A stretch of 64,000 nucleotides of DNA. Origin: Felis catus. Lineage: Eukaryota. Position 1 is the first letter of the stretch. Each line of letters begins with the position of its first letter. The notes beneath the pieces were generated by a model. It saw only the letters and a program-made list of their open reading frames with translations, was not told where the DNA came from and did not search any database. The position numbers were made by a program, and so were the translations under genes. The stretch covers positions 23,252,001 through 23,316,000 of the forward strand of contig NC_058369.1 in NCBI RefSeq assembly GCF_018350175.1. Direction: 5' to 3'. Shown one piece after another: positions 26,040 through 37,327 of this stretch.

Positions 26040-27173
26040 GTCTATAGCTCTGATAGCTTCCTGAGTTAGAGGCTCAAACATACAGCCACCAACTCAACAG
26101 CACCCATAATATATATGGGTATATATTGGATATATAATGGGCATCCTGAACTTGACTTGCCCCAAATTCAACTCTCGATTTATGGTCTCCCCCATATACT
26201 AGCCCACTTGCCAAAGAAGGCAGCATCAAGACCTGCACTGCAACCTGTTCTAACTCAATGCTAGCCTATAATCAATGGGAAGTGGAGGTCTGTCCCTTAT
26301 CAGCCCCTGGCGTCACTGTTTATGTGGTTAATCTTACAGGACAATACAAATTGAATTTCCCATAATAAACTCTCTTTTCTTCATTTCCCATCCCCGTCCA
26401 TTTGCAATTTCTATCTGTTCAGTATTCCAAGTATCTCCCAAAGTTGGTCATTTCTCGTAACACTGGTCTGAGCTACCATCTTCTTTTCCCTGGGTGACTG
26501 AAATCAGTTTCTCCCCTAATCCCCTTGCTGCTGCTTCTGCAGCCTGTTGTCTGTTCTCCCTAGAGTCACCAGAGTCACCTTTTGACATGTAATTAGATAT
26601 TGTTCCCTTGACTAGAATTCTTTAAGGGATTTCCATTTCATCTAAAATAAAATCCAAATGACTCAGCCCGCTCTGCACATTCCTACCTGACCTGGCCCCT
26701 GAGTACTTGTGTTGCCTCATCTCTCTGCTCTCTCAGCCCCTTCCTCTGTTCTAGCCACTTTTCGTCCCTCTTTTGTCTCTCACTCAAGCCAAGCTTACTC
26801 CCCTGTCAGACCTTTTGCACTTTCTATCCTTTTTCCCAATTATCTCATGGCTCATTTCTCCTCCTTGTTCAGGTTCTGCTCACCCATGTCACCTCCTTGG
26901 AGAGGTCTTTCCTGTCCTTCTTGTCTGCAGTGGGACCCCCATCCTATCACTGTCTCTCCCCTCACCCTTCCTCATTGTTTTCCCGGTGCCAAGTGCTGTC
27001 TGAACTTAGATATTTATTGGCCATCTTATTTAACATCTGTTTCTGTTATCAGCTTATAACCTCCATGATAGTAGAGATTTTCTTGTTCACATTTTCTCAT
27101 TGCCTGGAAAAGTGCCTGGCACATAAGTGGCACTCAAGTATAGGAATGAATGAATGAATGAATGAATGAATGA
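26040..27173 (+). mobile_element. L2 3' portion ending in (ATGA)n tail
   Basis: ...aagtgcctggcacataagtggcactcaagtat..gaatgaatgaatgaatg is the canonical L2 3' end. The left boundary is approximate. Confidence 0.75.
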
Positions 27174-27348
27174 TGCTTGAAAATTAAGAGGAAAGAAGCA
27201 TTGTGCTATAGAGGAAAGAATGTACGGCCAAGACCCAACAGTCATTCATGCTATTCTTATCTGTGCTTCTACTCTGTCATTTTGGAGAAGTCACTGATCA
27301 TCTCTGGGCTTCCATTTCCCATTGATTATAGGCTAGCATTGAGTTAGA

Positions 27349-27556
27349 AGGGATTGGAAAACTTTTCTATAAAGAGCCAAATAGTTAATATTTTAAGCTT
27401 TGCCAAATAGTCTCTGTCACAACTACTCAGCTTTGCCTTTATAGTGCAAAACAGCTAAGGACATGATAAATCAGCCTGGATGTCTCCCAATAAATATTTA
27501 CAAAAACAGGAGTGGGGCTGGATTTTGCCCTTGGGCTGTAGTTTGGTGACCCTCTG
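27349..27556 (-). mobile_element. MER58A
   Basis: aaacttttctataaagagccaaatagttaatattttaagctttgc...tctctgtcacaactactcagc...gggctggattttgcc. Confidence 0.8.
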
Positions 27557-28126
27557 GGTGATTTCCAGAGCCCCCATCTTTAATATTCTAGATTCTTTTT
27601 CTTTGATTTTATCATCTGGTGAAGAAATAGTAAACAACTTTAGAGAGGGGTCCCTGTTGCATCCAATTTCAATAACAGTGGTATTTGCTAAAGCAGAAGG
27701 GATAATCTTAGGGAAGATTTGTAGCTATCAAATTGGTAGATGCATACACAGGGGGAAACTCCCAAGGAGAGATACCGGGCTGGATCACACTTGAAAATTA
27801 GAGTTTGGTGCCACTTTGGAGCTGAGCAGTTATTGAGGGGGTGACTGAATTTCCCTCCTTCTTAGGGGCCTGCAGCTCTCAGATAAGTAATGTTGTTAGT
27901 CAAAAAGTGGAAAGTTGTCTCCGTGAATCATGTTTGTAGATGCATTTAAATCCTGAATTTAAACAGTCTCTAATGACTCACTGCCTCTCTTGCCATACCA
28001 TGAAATGACATCAGTGTGAAAAAGCTTACACACACTCCTCGATGTTCCTTCTAATGCAGACAACAGATGAGGTTCATCCTAGGCCGGTAACACACAGATG
28101 AGAGGTTCCAGATAGACGTTACTGAC

Positions 28127-28723
28127 CTTTATAGATAAATTTCTCCAGCCAGAGTTTAAGACTGAGCAGGTGGCAATTGCATTTCCAGAGGTTGTCCTTG
28201 AGAAATAAAAGCCTCACGTTGGGCATGGATTCTAGGAGCTCTCGATCAAGCTGCTGAAGCTGGTTTTGTTGAATTGCAAATACCGTCAGGTTCTCCCAAG
28301 GCTTACCCAGGGATATGGGAAGGTGGCTTATGTTGTTTGATGACAAATCAAGCTCCCGCAGCTGTGGGAGGGAATGGAAAAGTCTGCTTTCCAGAGAATG
28401 CAGGGAGTTCTGGGTGAGGTTTAAGACCTGCAAGTGCTGAAGTCCATGGAAGACTCCAGGGGCCAGATCTGAAAGGGAATTGTTGTACAAGTTCAGGGTC
28501 CTGAGGTGTGGCACCGACCTGAATGCAAAAGCAGGGAGCTGGTGTATCTGGTTATCTTGCAAGTGCAGCGTTAGGGTCTGAGGAGGCAAATCGGGAGGGA
28601 TTTCAGCCAGACCCTGCCGGCTGCAGTCTACAGACCGTGAGGGTGAGTGACAGCGGCACCTCGTGGGGCAGCCACACACCACCCGGAGCAGGAAGATCAC
28701 ACTGGAAAGCAGAAGCAGTTCAC
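28127..28723 (-). CDS. LRTM1: LRTM1 coding exon 2 (597 nt): signal peptide, LRRNT, LRR repeats, start of LRRCT
   Basis: ORF 28119-28733 contains LxxLxLxxN repeats, a CPxxCxC N-cap and an NLWKCNC C-cap. Acceptor cttttcgttgcttgcAG| at 28723; donor AAA G|GTcagt at 28127. Confidence 0.97.
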
Positions 28724-29136
28724 CTGCAAGCAACGAAAAGAAATTGAGATCAGAACCAATCTGTAAGTGATGTCAGCGTTTGTCCCCCCTTTGAAATCAC
28801 AAGTACGGTGACTCGGAGCCAGCTAACCTCTACATCTACCTGTACGAGACATTCTGTCACTCCCCATACTTAGGAAAGTCAGGCTGGGCTGGGTTCCTCC
28901 CCAGCGTGGTCAGCTGTTGCACACTCTGTGCTAACTATGGTCAGAGGCCTCAGGAAAAACACTTTCTTGATGGCTCAGTAATAGGGAGATGGAAGACTGT
29001 CAAATAGAAAGGTGAAAAAAATCGTGGGGGGCACATGCCTGTTGTAGGGTGCAGCAGAATTATATGAGGACAGAAGTTTAGAAAAATAGCAGGTCAGTCA
29101 GATATTCATATTTCCAAAAGGTATGCTCCAGATCGG

Positions 29137-29362
29137 TGCCGTCCAATGGAACTTTCTGTGGTGATGGAAATGCTCTGTATTTGCTGTCTAGTATGGTAGT
29201 TGTTAGCTGCATGTGGCTACTGAGCTCTTGAAACACGACTACTGCAACCAAGGAACTGAATTTTTATTTGTATTTGATTTTAACTAATTTAAATTTATTA
29301 AAAAAAATTTTTTTACATTTATTCATTTTTGAGAAAAAGAGACAGAGCATGAACAGGGGAGG

Positions 29363-29413
<51 letters not shown>

Positions 29414-29602
29414 TCAATCCAAAGCAGGCTCCAGGCTCCAAGCTGTGAGCACAGAGCCCGGCACAGGGCTGGAACTTAGAAACCGTGAGATCATGACCTG
29501 AGCCAAAGTTGGACGCTTAACCAACTGAGCCACCCAGGCGCCCCATTAGTTAATTTAAATTTAAATAGCCACATGGTAGCAGTGGTTACCATATTGGATA
29601 GG
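29137..29602. mobile_element. MER3 interrupted by a Can-SINE
   Basis: gtccaatggaactttctgtggtgatggaaatg...aggaactgaattttt / taatttaaatttaaatagccacatg...atattggatag. Confidence 0.85.
29298..29544 (-). mobile_element. Can-SINE with (GA)n expansion, in LRTM1 intron 1
   Basis: Ends gagccacccaggcgcccc. Duplicated taatttaaattta at 29285-29297 and 29551-29563. Confidence 0.94.
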
Positions 29603-29949
29603 GTATGTTTACAGTATTCCTATATATTGATGTCGTGTTTGCAGGTATAATTCCATGAATGATTATCATCTCTACTTTTTATTCAAGAGATTTTAAAAAT
29701 GCAGAAAAGCATGTAACAAACACCCATATTCCTATAACAAAGTTCTGTCAATCATTCATAGTTTGTCATATTTTTCACCTCTTTTTTCCTTTAACTTAAA
29801 GAAACAAAGCATTACTGAAATCCCTTTGATTAGCACCCAAGTGATGTTTTCCAGCATGAACCCTCCTCACCCCTACCATCACCAATATATCACTCTAGGC
29901 CTTTAACAAACAATACTTCATAACAACAACAATAGCAAACAGTCATGTA

Positions 29950-30160
29950 TCCCATGTTTTGAGCCAGGCACCATTATAAGTGCATTATGTATATAATCTT
30001 ATACATTTAATCCTCATGACCTTGTAAATCTGGTTTCATTATTATCCCCATTATAAAGGTGAGGAAACTGAGGCACAGAGAAGCTAAATCATTTGTCCAA
30101 GGTCACATAGACAATGAGTAGCAGAATCGTGATTTGAACCCAGTCTGCTTCCAGAGTCTG
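29950..30160. mobile_element. MIR
   Basis: MIR core attatccccattataaaggtgaggaaactgaggcacagagaagctaaatcatttgtccaaggtcacatag. Other probable MIR fragments lie near 24770-24970, 32650-32890, 34220-34350, 38870-39090, 53570-53710 and 54325-54500. Confidence 0.85.
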
Positions 30161-31526
30161 CCAGGATCCTTATCTGCTATGTTTTACCGCCTGTAAAACT
30201 TTTATACCCCCCACCCACACGCTACATGATGTTTTATATAGTGTGTTTTAAGACTACATAAATATAGTCCTTGGCACATCTCATTCTGCAATTTACTCTG
30301 TTCACTCAAAGCTGACCTATCCATGCAGATATCTAGAGGGTTTGTTCATTCCTTTTAAGTGCTATAGGCAATTCCGCGGTGACACCATGCCAGATTTAAT
30401 ATTTAGCCATTCCCTTACTGGTGGGCATTTGAGTTGCTGCTGCTTGCCTTCACTACAGATGATGCTGCAGAGAGCGGCCTTGCACGGGACAACCTGACCA
30501 TGCAGAAATTACGAAGAGGGTCTCTGGAATCAACAGGAGCTTCCTCACAAAGTTCAGAGAGGATGCTGGGTTGACATTTTTTTAGATACTGCTAGATCAT
30601 TGTCCAGAGTAGCTATAATTCTTCCTGTTTTGTTCCAGAGATTTGAATTTCAAAATAGGGCAAGGACATTTTGTTAAATTGGCAGTGGAATTCACAAGGC
30701 CACACAATAATAATTAAAACTCAAGATGTTGTCTACGTATAGAGAGAGCTCTTAGAAGAGGTCGTTTGTTTGTTTGCTTTGGGCCTTGAGTAGGGAAATA
30801 GACAATGTGTCTGTCCAATGCACTGGGCCTCTGAATTCTCTACTGATATGAACAGTGCCTAGGGCAACAGGGAAGATATGTGGAGAGTCTTCTGAAAATT
30901 CTGCTTCATTTAGTTTAGCTCAAGGGATATAGAACATCAGAGTCCCCTTCCCTGTTCCAAAATATAAAAGAGCAAAATCCTTGTTTCCCTTTCTGTAATT
31001 TTGCAAATAATCTAAATGACTCTTTTCAAAGCCAACACATCTTCCTGGGAGAGAAGAGTCAATGCCTCCACTTTAACTATGGGGCTCAGGCATCAATTAG
31101 TTGCACAAAATCTAATCTGAAGCCAGAGAACAGGTTTTCCACAGAGTCTACTAATCTATTAATGAAAGCCTTGTCCTTCTGAACTTGTATCCAGCTTGTT
31201 CCTTCTTCCTTAGGTCCCACTCCCCCACCTGCCCAAGGGGACGATATATGAACTCCAACTTGAAGCGCTGTATTTTCTATGAAATGGCCTGCAGCAGGCC
31301 GACCGCATATCCAACGATAGCTGAGCACATTTGTCCCCACACCCTTCTTTGGACCCAACGTGGCACAAATATACATTCCCCACTAGAGACATTTTCTCAA
31401 TCTGTTTGGTCTTTAGAGAGATACAACCTGGAAGTAGGCTTCCCACAGATACCTTGCAGAAGGGACCCCTTTCCTCTCACGGACAGAGAACTTTTCTAAA
31501 GCAGGAGGGGATTCATCATGGCTCAC

Positions 31527-31533
31527 CTTTCAT
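31527..31533 (-). CDS. LRTM1: LRTM1 coding exon 1 (ATG AAA G; Met-Lys plus first base of Gly)
   Basis: The minus strand reads ttcagtc ATG AAA G|GTGAGC, a strong donor. Phase 1 matches exon 2 (G|GT GAA), giving the recalled N-terminus MKGELLL. Confidence 0.9.
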
Positions 31534-32250
31534 GACTGAATCTCCGCAAGCTTCCTTGCTGAACCCGTGGCCCACCTCTATTAATCTGCAGATCAACAAA
31601 CCGAGGGCATGGCAAACCCAGAGCCCAGCTTGTCATTCACTTTTTCTGAATCCCGCTTGTGCTTTTTCTTCAATGCAGCAAAGGGTTGTGGCTTCCAGGA
31701 GACTGCTTATTGAAGCAATGCTTCCACCGTCTCCATCTGGCTGGGATTGTTTTCCATAAGAGGATCTTTTGATTGGGCCCCTCTTCTTTCTTAAAGTGTC
31801 GGCCTCCCCAAGATCACCCTTGCTTTTCCCATTCAGATGGCGAGCCCCAGAGAGAATGTTTGTCAAACCTCAGTGAACAGCTGTAGCATTCAAACATGAC
31901 CTCGATGGCTCAGCCTTTTTGATTATTTAATCTGCTTGAAGTCCAGGGCACCGAAATAAAACTGCCTTCTTAATCCGGTGGTGGCTTCTGAGTTCTGTTG
32001 ACTTATTAACCATGCTGTGTCAACCCCCGTCGGGTTGGGGGACGCTCGCCGTGGCTCCTCGATCTGGGGGTCTAGCAACAGAGCCAGCAGAGTGTGTAAT
32101 ATGAGGACAAATTGGCCTGCTGGAGGCTGACACGGTCTCCACAGTGCACTCGTTTCGTCTTATTCAGCCAACGTCCGTAGGGATTAGCTTGTGTTGACAG
32201 GGTCTTGATGCTCTGAAATTCATAGTCATGGCTTCCTTTAGTGGACATCA
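31534..32250 (-). promoter_or_regulatory. LRTM1: Putative LRTM1 5' UTR and proximal promoter
   Basis: Repeat-free sequence immediately upstream of the ATG, with clustered TAATC[C/T/A] and TGTTGAC motifs. The TSS cannot be determined and no clear TATA box was seen. Confidence 0.55.
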
Positions 32251-33500
32251 CAGTCTCTTCTCACTGGTGCCACAAATACTTCTCAGCTGCTCCTTTGCTT
32301 TCTCCCCCCGAACTGACCTTTCGGTTCGCCTGACTTTGGAAATACTTCTCAGTCTTTCATCATTTCCCTGATGCTGAGGTTCTGGCCCTTCCCTCATTTT
32401 TCACGTCTGAAACAATAAAGCTGCCCCATGAGCACCAGGTGTCCATGAACTGTGGCTATTCCCTAGTTGAAGCTGCTGGGAGCTTTCCCACTGGGGACTG
32501 GAACATTCTTTGAATGTGCAAATCCCCCCGTCATTTGCTGAGGTGGGGTTTCAGTGTCTGAGGCTTCTCCTCAGCGAGGCCAAAATGCTCCCATGCCCAA
32601 GGCGACTGCAAGGAAGGTGAAAACCGTGCTTTTACTGATGTAGCATGAAGTGGCAGTGTAATAGAGCAGTTGAGTGTGGGACTTGGAATTAGATGGGTCT
32701 GGATTTGGATTCAGCTTCACCATTCACCAGCCCGATGTCTCTGGGCGAGTGAGTCTCCCTCTGGGATCCTAATAGCCTCATCTTTAACACAGGGATAGTG
32801 ATATTTTTGGCTTCACAAGATTGCTCCAAGGATTCAATTAAAGCAAGCAATGCGTGTCATGGCCCTGAATGCTTTAGTAAATGTTCACGGTTACCCATGA
32901 GAATGCCTGGCAGGACCTCTATGCTGCTAGCGTCCAAAGCACAGCCTTGACTCGACAGGGAGGAGGAAGACGCTGGCCAAAGACCAGGATCCCTGGGCCC
33001 TCATGCCACTCTGGTGGGACCGAGGGAGGCGGACCCTTGTGAATGAAGTTGAAAAACCGGATTGTGACCATCCTTAAGAGCCTGCACTTTGGGATCCCTT
33101 GCCTCCTTTGGCCATGCCCCTTCCAGTTTCACAGAACCCAATATAACAATCCTGCCCCCTCCCTGAAAAGTCCACTTTACCCAGCCTGCTATCTTTTGTC
33201 CTTTTCTGCAACGTTCTTGGAACACCGGTGATACCATGGAGGAAAGTCAGGTGTAGGTAACAGAGAGCCATTTAAATCTTAATAAGGGCTAAATCCTTCC
33301 TTCCTCCCTCCTTCCCCTCCTTCCTATGTATTTTCAGGTGCACAGAATTTAGTAATAATCATTCCTAGATGATCTGTGACCAGTGTAGCATTCAGTCATT
33401 GATGCATCCTCATATAACACACACCTATGAACCTAACTCTCACTCTAAGAACTAGAAAGTTACCAGTAATTTGCATCAACCTGTGTGTCTCTGTCTTTCC

Positions 33501-33634
33501 CTGGAGTCAGCAAACATTTTTGTGTAAAGGGCCAGATAGTAAACATTTTAGACATTGAGGGCCATACAGTCTCCATACAGTCTCTGTCACAACTACTCAA
33601 CCCTGATGTAGTGCAGAGCCAGCCATGGACAGTC

Positions 33635-33674
<40 letters not shown>

Positions 33675-33757
33675 TGTGCCTGTGCTCCAATAAAACTTTA
33701 TTTACAAAACCAGGTGGAGCACTGGATTGGCACACAGGTCATAGTTTGCAAGCCCTG
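33501..33757 (-). mobile_element. MER58A containing an internal A35 tract
   Basis: gtcagcaaacatttttgtgtaaagggccagatagtaaacattttag...ccaataaaactttatttacaaaaccaggtgg. Confidence 0.88.
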
Positions 33758-34929
33758 CTCGAACCCATCCCCTAGCCACTGCCATCACTCTCCTCCACCA
33801 CCAAGGTTACCCACTCAGCTGCACATACCCGCCAGCCTGTCTCCTCATCTACAAACTGAGAGGGCTGGAAAGGATGATCTTTAGGGCACTCTCATGTCTG
33901 AAACCTTGTCATTCTCATCAGAATGCTTGAGTGGACTTGAAAGAGTCTGTACTTAAAGACATTAGGGGTCCTGGACAGACAAAGAATTTGACTGACTCTT
34001 TGGGTTACAGCAGAGCTGTTTAGCTGTGTCTTACAGGGTCCAACTAGGGTCCCAGTCTCGTGGACTCCAGGGGCCTGGGAAAGATGAATCCACTGCCAGC
34101 ACAGCTGAGCATAGGGGGCCAGGACATCTGCAGAGAAACTGGAGACAGTCCTGAAACCTGCAGGTAAAGCCAGGGTGTGTGGCTAAGTGAGGAAGCACAG
34201 TTTCATGCTGCTTCTACTCTGGAGCTGGGTGACCTTGGGCAAACCACAGGTTCTCTCTGAGCCTGAGCTTCCTCATCTGTAGAAGGCAGATAGTGGCTAC
34301 CTCATATGACACAAGAAGGATCGAGTGATACATGTTAAGTGCACAGCACGGGTCTGGCAGAGCAAAATGAGCAAAAGTGGCATCTCCTACTAGCCCCACA
34401 GAGTCTGGACTGGCTGCTCTCACCTAAAATGTCAATACCCTGGGAACACACAGAGAACCCACACAGCTGATGGGTTCTTAGGAGCAGAGGCTGACCGCCC
34501 AAAGGGGCTCCTTGGTTCTTTTTTGCTCCTGCTGACTCTAACAGGCGGTTAAAAGATGGGCAGGGCACACTTCGAGGGGAAGCCTCTCGGACATTGAAGG
34601 ACTTGGATGCGGAGTCTGATTGATTTATTCCGTCTGACCTCAGCCCAGAGAACAAAGGGAGGGAGGGTGACTGGCATGCTAATGCCTGCAGCGCCTTCTC
34701 TCCCTTGGGGAGCCAGATCTGAGAGGTGGCAAGACAACTGTGCGTGCAGAAGACTAACAGAGATGCCAGATGTCAGGTCAGGCCAGGCTGCTCTGCAGAG
34801 GGGAGGGCTCCCAGCAGGGTTCCTGGTACCAAGACCCAGTCGAGAGCCCAGTTTCCTACGCAGGAACTTGCTTCAGACACACCCTGGGAATAATATTCTC
34901 ATTACTGCTGCACTGAGATGTCAAGAATT

Positions 34930-35065
34930 TCTTAGCTTTATATAAATAAAAATATATAAATATAAATGTAAATATAAATTTTTACATTTATTATACATTA
35001 TATATAAGTTTATACATTTACATTTATATAAAGCTAAGATATACATATATTTATATTTATATGCT
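34930..35065. repeat. AT-rich low-complexity tract bounded by an 18-bp perfect inverted repeat
   Basis: tcttagctttatataaat (34930-34947) and atttatataaagctaaga (35022-35039). Confidence 0.9.
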
Positions 35066-35290
35066 TAGCCCATTGTAAGTCAGAACATTTCCTAATATAG
35101 TTAGGAATTTAATGATTTAAAGACCATATGATACAAATTGGTCTTTTTAACATTTCACCTTCCTCCAAAAAAAAAAAACAACAACAATTATTAACATTTG
35201 GAATCAGTGATGTCTTGAAATCCAGCAAATGGGTAACAGCTCTTTCTCCCAGGTAATATACAACTATTTGTTAGAAATAAGTTAAAGCTT

Positions 35291-35522
35291 GGGGCGCCTG
35301 GGTGGCTCAGTCAGTTAAGCGGCTGACTTCAGCTCAGGTCATGATCTCACGGTCCGTGAGTTCGAGCCCCGCGTCAGGCTCTGTGCTGACAGCTCAGAGC
35401 CTGGAGCCTGTTTCGGATTCTGTGTCTCCCTCTCTCTCTGACCCTCCCCCGTTCATGCTCTGGCTCTCTCTGTCTCAAAAATAAATAAACGTTAAAAAAA
35501 AATAATAAAATAAAATAAAATA
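35291..35522 (+). mobile_element. Young Can-SINE (SINEC_Fc-like)
   Basis: Near-consensus, CpG-retaining body with an (AATAA)n tail. Perfect 17-bp TSD agaaataagttaaagct at 35273-35289 and 35523-35539. Confidence 0.96.
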
Positions 35523-36589
35523 AGAAATAAGTTAAAGCTAAATATACTCACCCAGGAGGGTATTTGTAATAAATTGTTAGGTTAAATAAAGCAATTTGAA
35601 TAGGAATATACATTATGTAATGCTATTTATGTTGCAAAAAAAAGAAAAAAAAAGTCAGAGGTGCAGAGGTGGAAAGATTAACCCTAAAGATGTGTATTGA
35701 TTGTCTGAAGAAAGAGTAAGTGGGGAAGGACAGACACCAAACTAATAATATGAATTGCCCAGAAGGTGGGGATAATTAAGAGAGGAGAATTAACTTTTTC
35801 TGTTTCTACCTCTGCGTATTCAACTTGCTACAACAAACATGTGTTATATCTGTGATTTTAAAAATACAAAGGAGAAGAGCTGACTTTTGTTAAGCAGAAA
35901 GTACAGGGGCATCTTGTTTCCTGGAATATTTGAGATGGCTCTTCTCAGTGACCAGCTGAGTTCTGTGTGCTAGTGAGGTGTCCCTAGATCTCCCTTTGCC
36001 TCACTCCATGAGAATTAGCCCCAAAAGTGATACGTGTCTTTCTCTGCTAAGTGATTGCCACAAGTGAACAGACCTTATAACACAAGGAATATTTCTTGCA
36101 GTTTTAATGTCTGCTTTGGTAAAAGTTGTGGCAAATTACTCCCCCGTCCCCATCAGTGGGCCCCCATCCAAAGCAGGTGCTGCAGTGATCTGGCGCGGGG
36201 GAGGCCCCCGGGCCAGTGACAGCTGCTTCCCAGTATAGCTCAGAGAAAGACCTTGGCACCGTAAATTCACACAGAAATTTCATTTGGTTGTGGAAGAAAT
36301 TTGGCACTTGGAAATATTTCCCTAGGGTTGTAGATGACCAAATGGCACCCATGTATAAAATTTATACAGACCTATATAAAAGACCTCAGTATTATTTCCT
36401 TCCTTCCTTGTTTCTTTCTTTTTTTTTTCTTTTTCTCTTTGGTCTTATAAAACACTTAGCAAGTGAACTAGGAATATATTTTTAAACGGCTATCATATTA
36501 TTTATTTAGTGCTTACAATGGGCCAGATGTTGCTGAAGATTTGCACTGATTAAATACAAATCCTTAATGTAACGTAGCTACTATAATGA

Positions 36590-36950
36590 GTAAACTTCTA
36601 GATCTCAGTGGCTTAACACGACTCATTTATTGCTCTTATCACAGTCTAGTGCTGAGGTTACCAGGGGGCCAGGCTTTATGCAGTTATGCAGCCTCCTTCT
36701 GTCTTGGTCTTGTCACTGTGCTTTCCTTTTCGTTGTCAGTACCCTCTCCATCAGCTGGCTGACCATGGAAAAAGAAAAGAATCAGGCATGGGCCCTGCCT
36801 AGAAACGGTACTGCTCACCAGGCTTGCCCTCCATTGGCCAGAATGAAATCACATGACCATATCTAACAGCAAGGGAGACTGGGAAATGTAGTCTCACTGT
36901 GTGCCTTGGAAGAAGAGGCATCCTAGAGCATTAGCAATCTCTGCCTCTAC
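36590..36950. mobile_element. MLT1-family LTR remnant
   Basis: atctcagtggcttaacac..catttattgctc...ccattggccagaa..tcacatgacc..aacagcaagggagactgggaaatgtagtc. Confidence 0.7.
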
Positions 36951-37128
36951 ACTTTATTTGCAATATCTCACTTAAAGGTGACAACAACTCCCTAGCCTGT
37001 AAGCTTAAGATGGTTTCTTTTATTTCTTCCCATAGTTTCTACAATACCATTCATTAAATATAATGAATTCATTAAATAAATGTTGAATGTTGAAGGAACA
37101 AATGATAAAACTAGGGCACAGAAAAGCA

Positions 37129-37327
37129 GGGGCACCTGAGTGGCTCAGTCAGTTAAGCGTCCAGCTTTGGTTCAGGTCATGATCTCATGGTTTGTGGGTT
37201 TGAACCCTACATCGGGCTCCGCACTAACATTGCAGAGCCTGCGTGGAATTCGCTCTCTCCCTCTCTCTGCCCTTCCCCGACTAGCACTTTCACTCTCAAT
37301 CAAAGTAAATAAATAAAAGAAAAAAAA
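37129..37327 (+). mobile_element. Can-SINE (older)
   Basis: ggggcacctgagtggctcagtcagttaagc head and aaataaataaaag tail. Confidence 0.92.

Noticed and set aside
28724..28733. ORF-track start of LRTM1 (MLAG...)
   Set aside because: It is a TTG inside the acceptor tract. The true start is the exon at 31527-31533.
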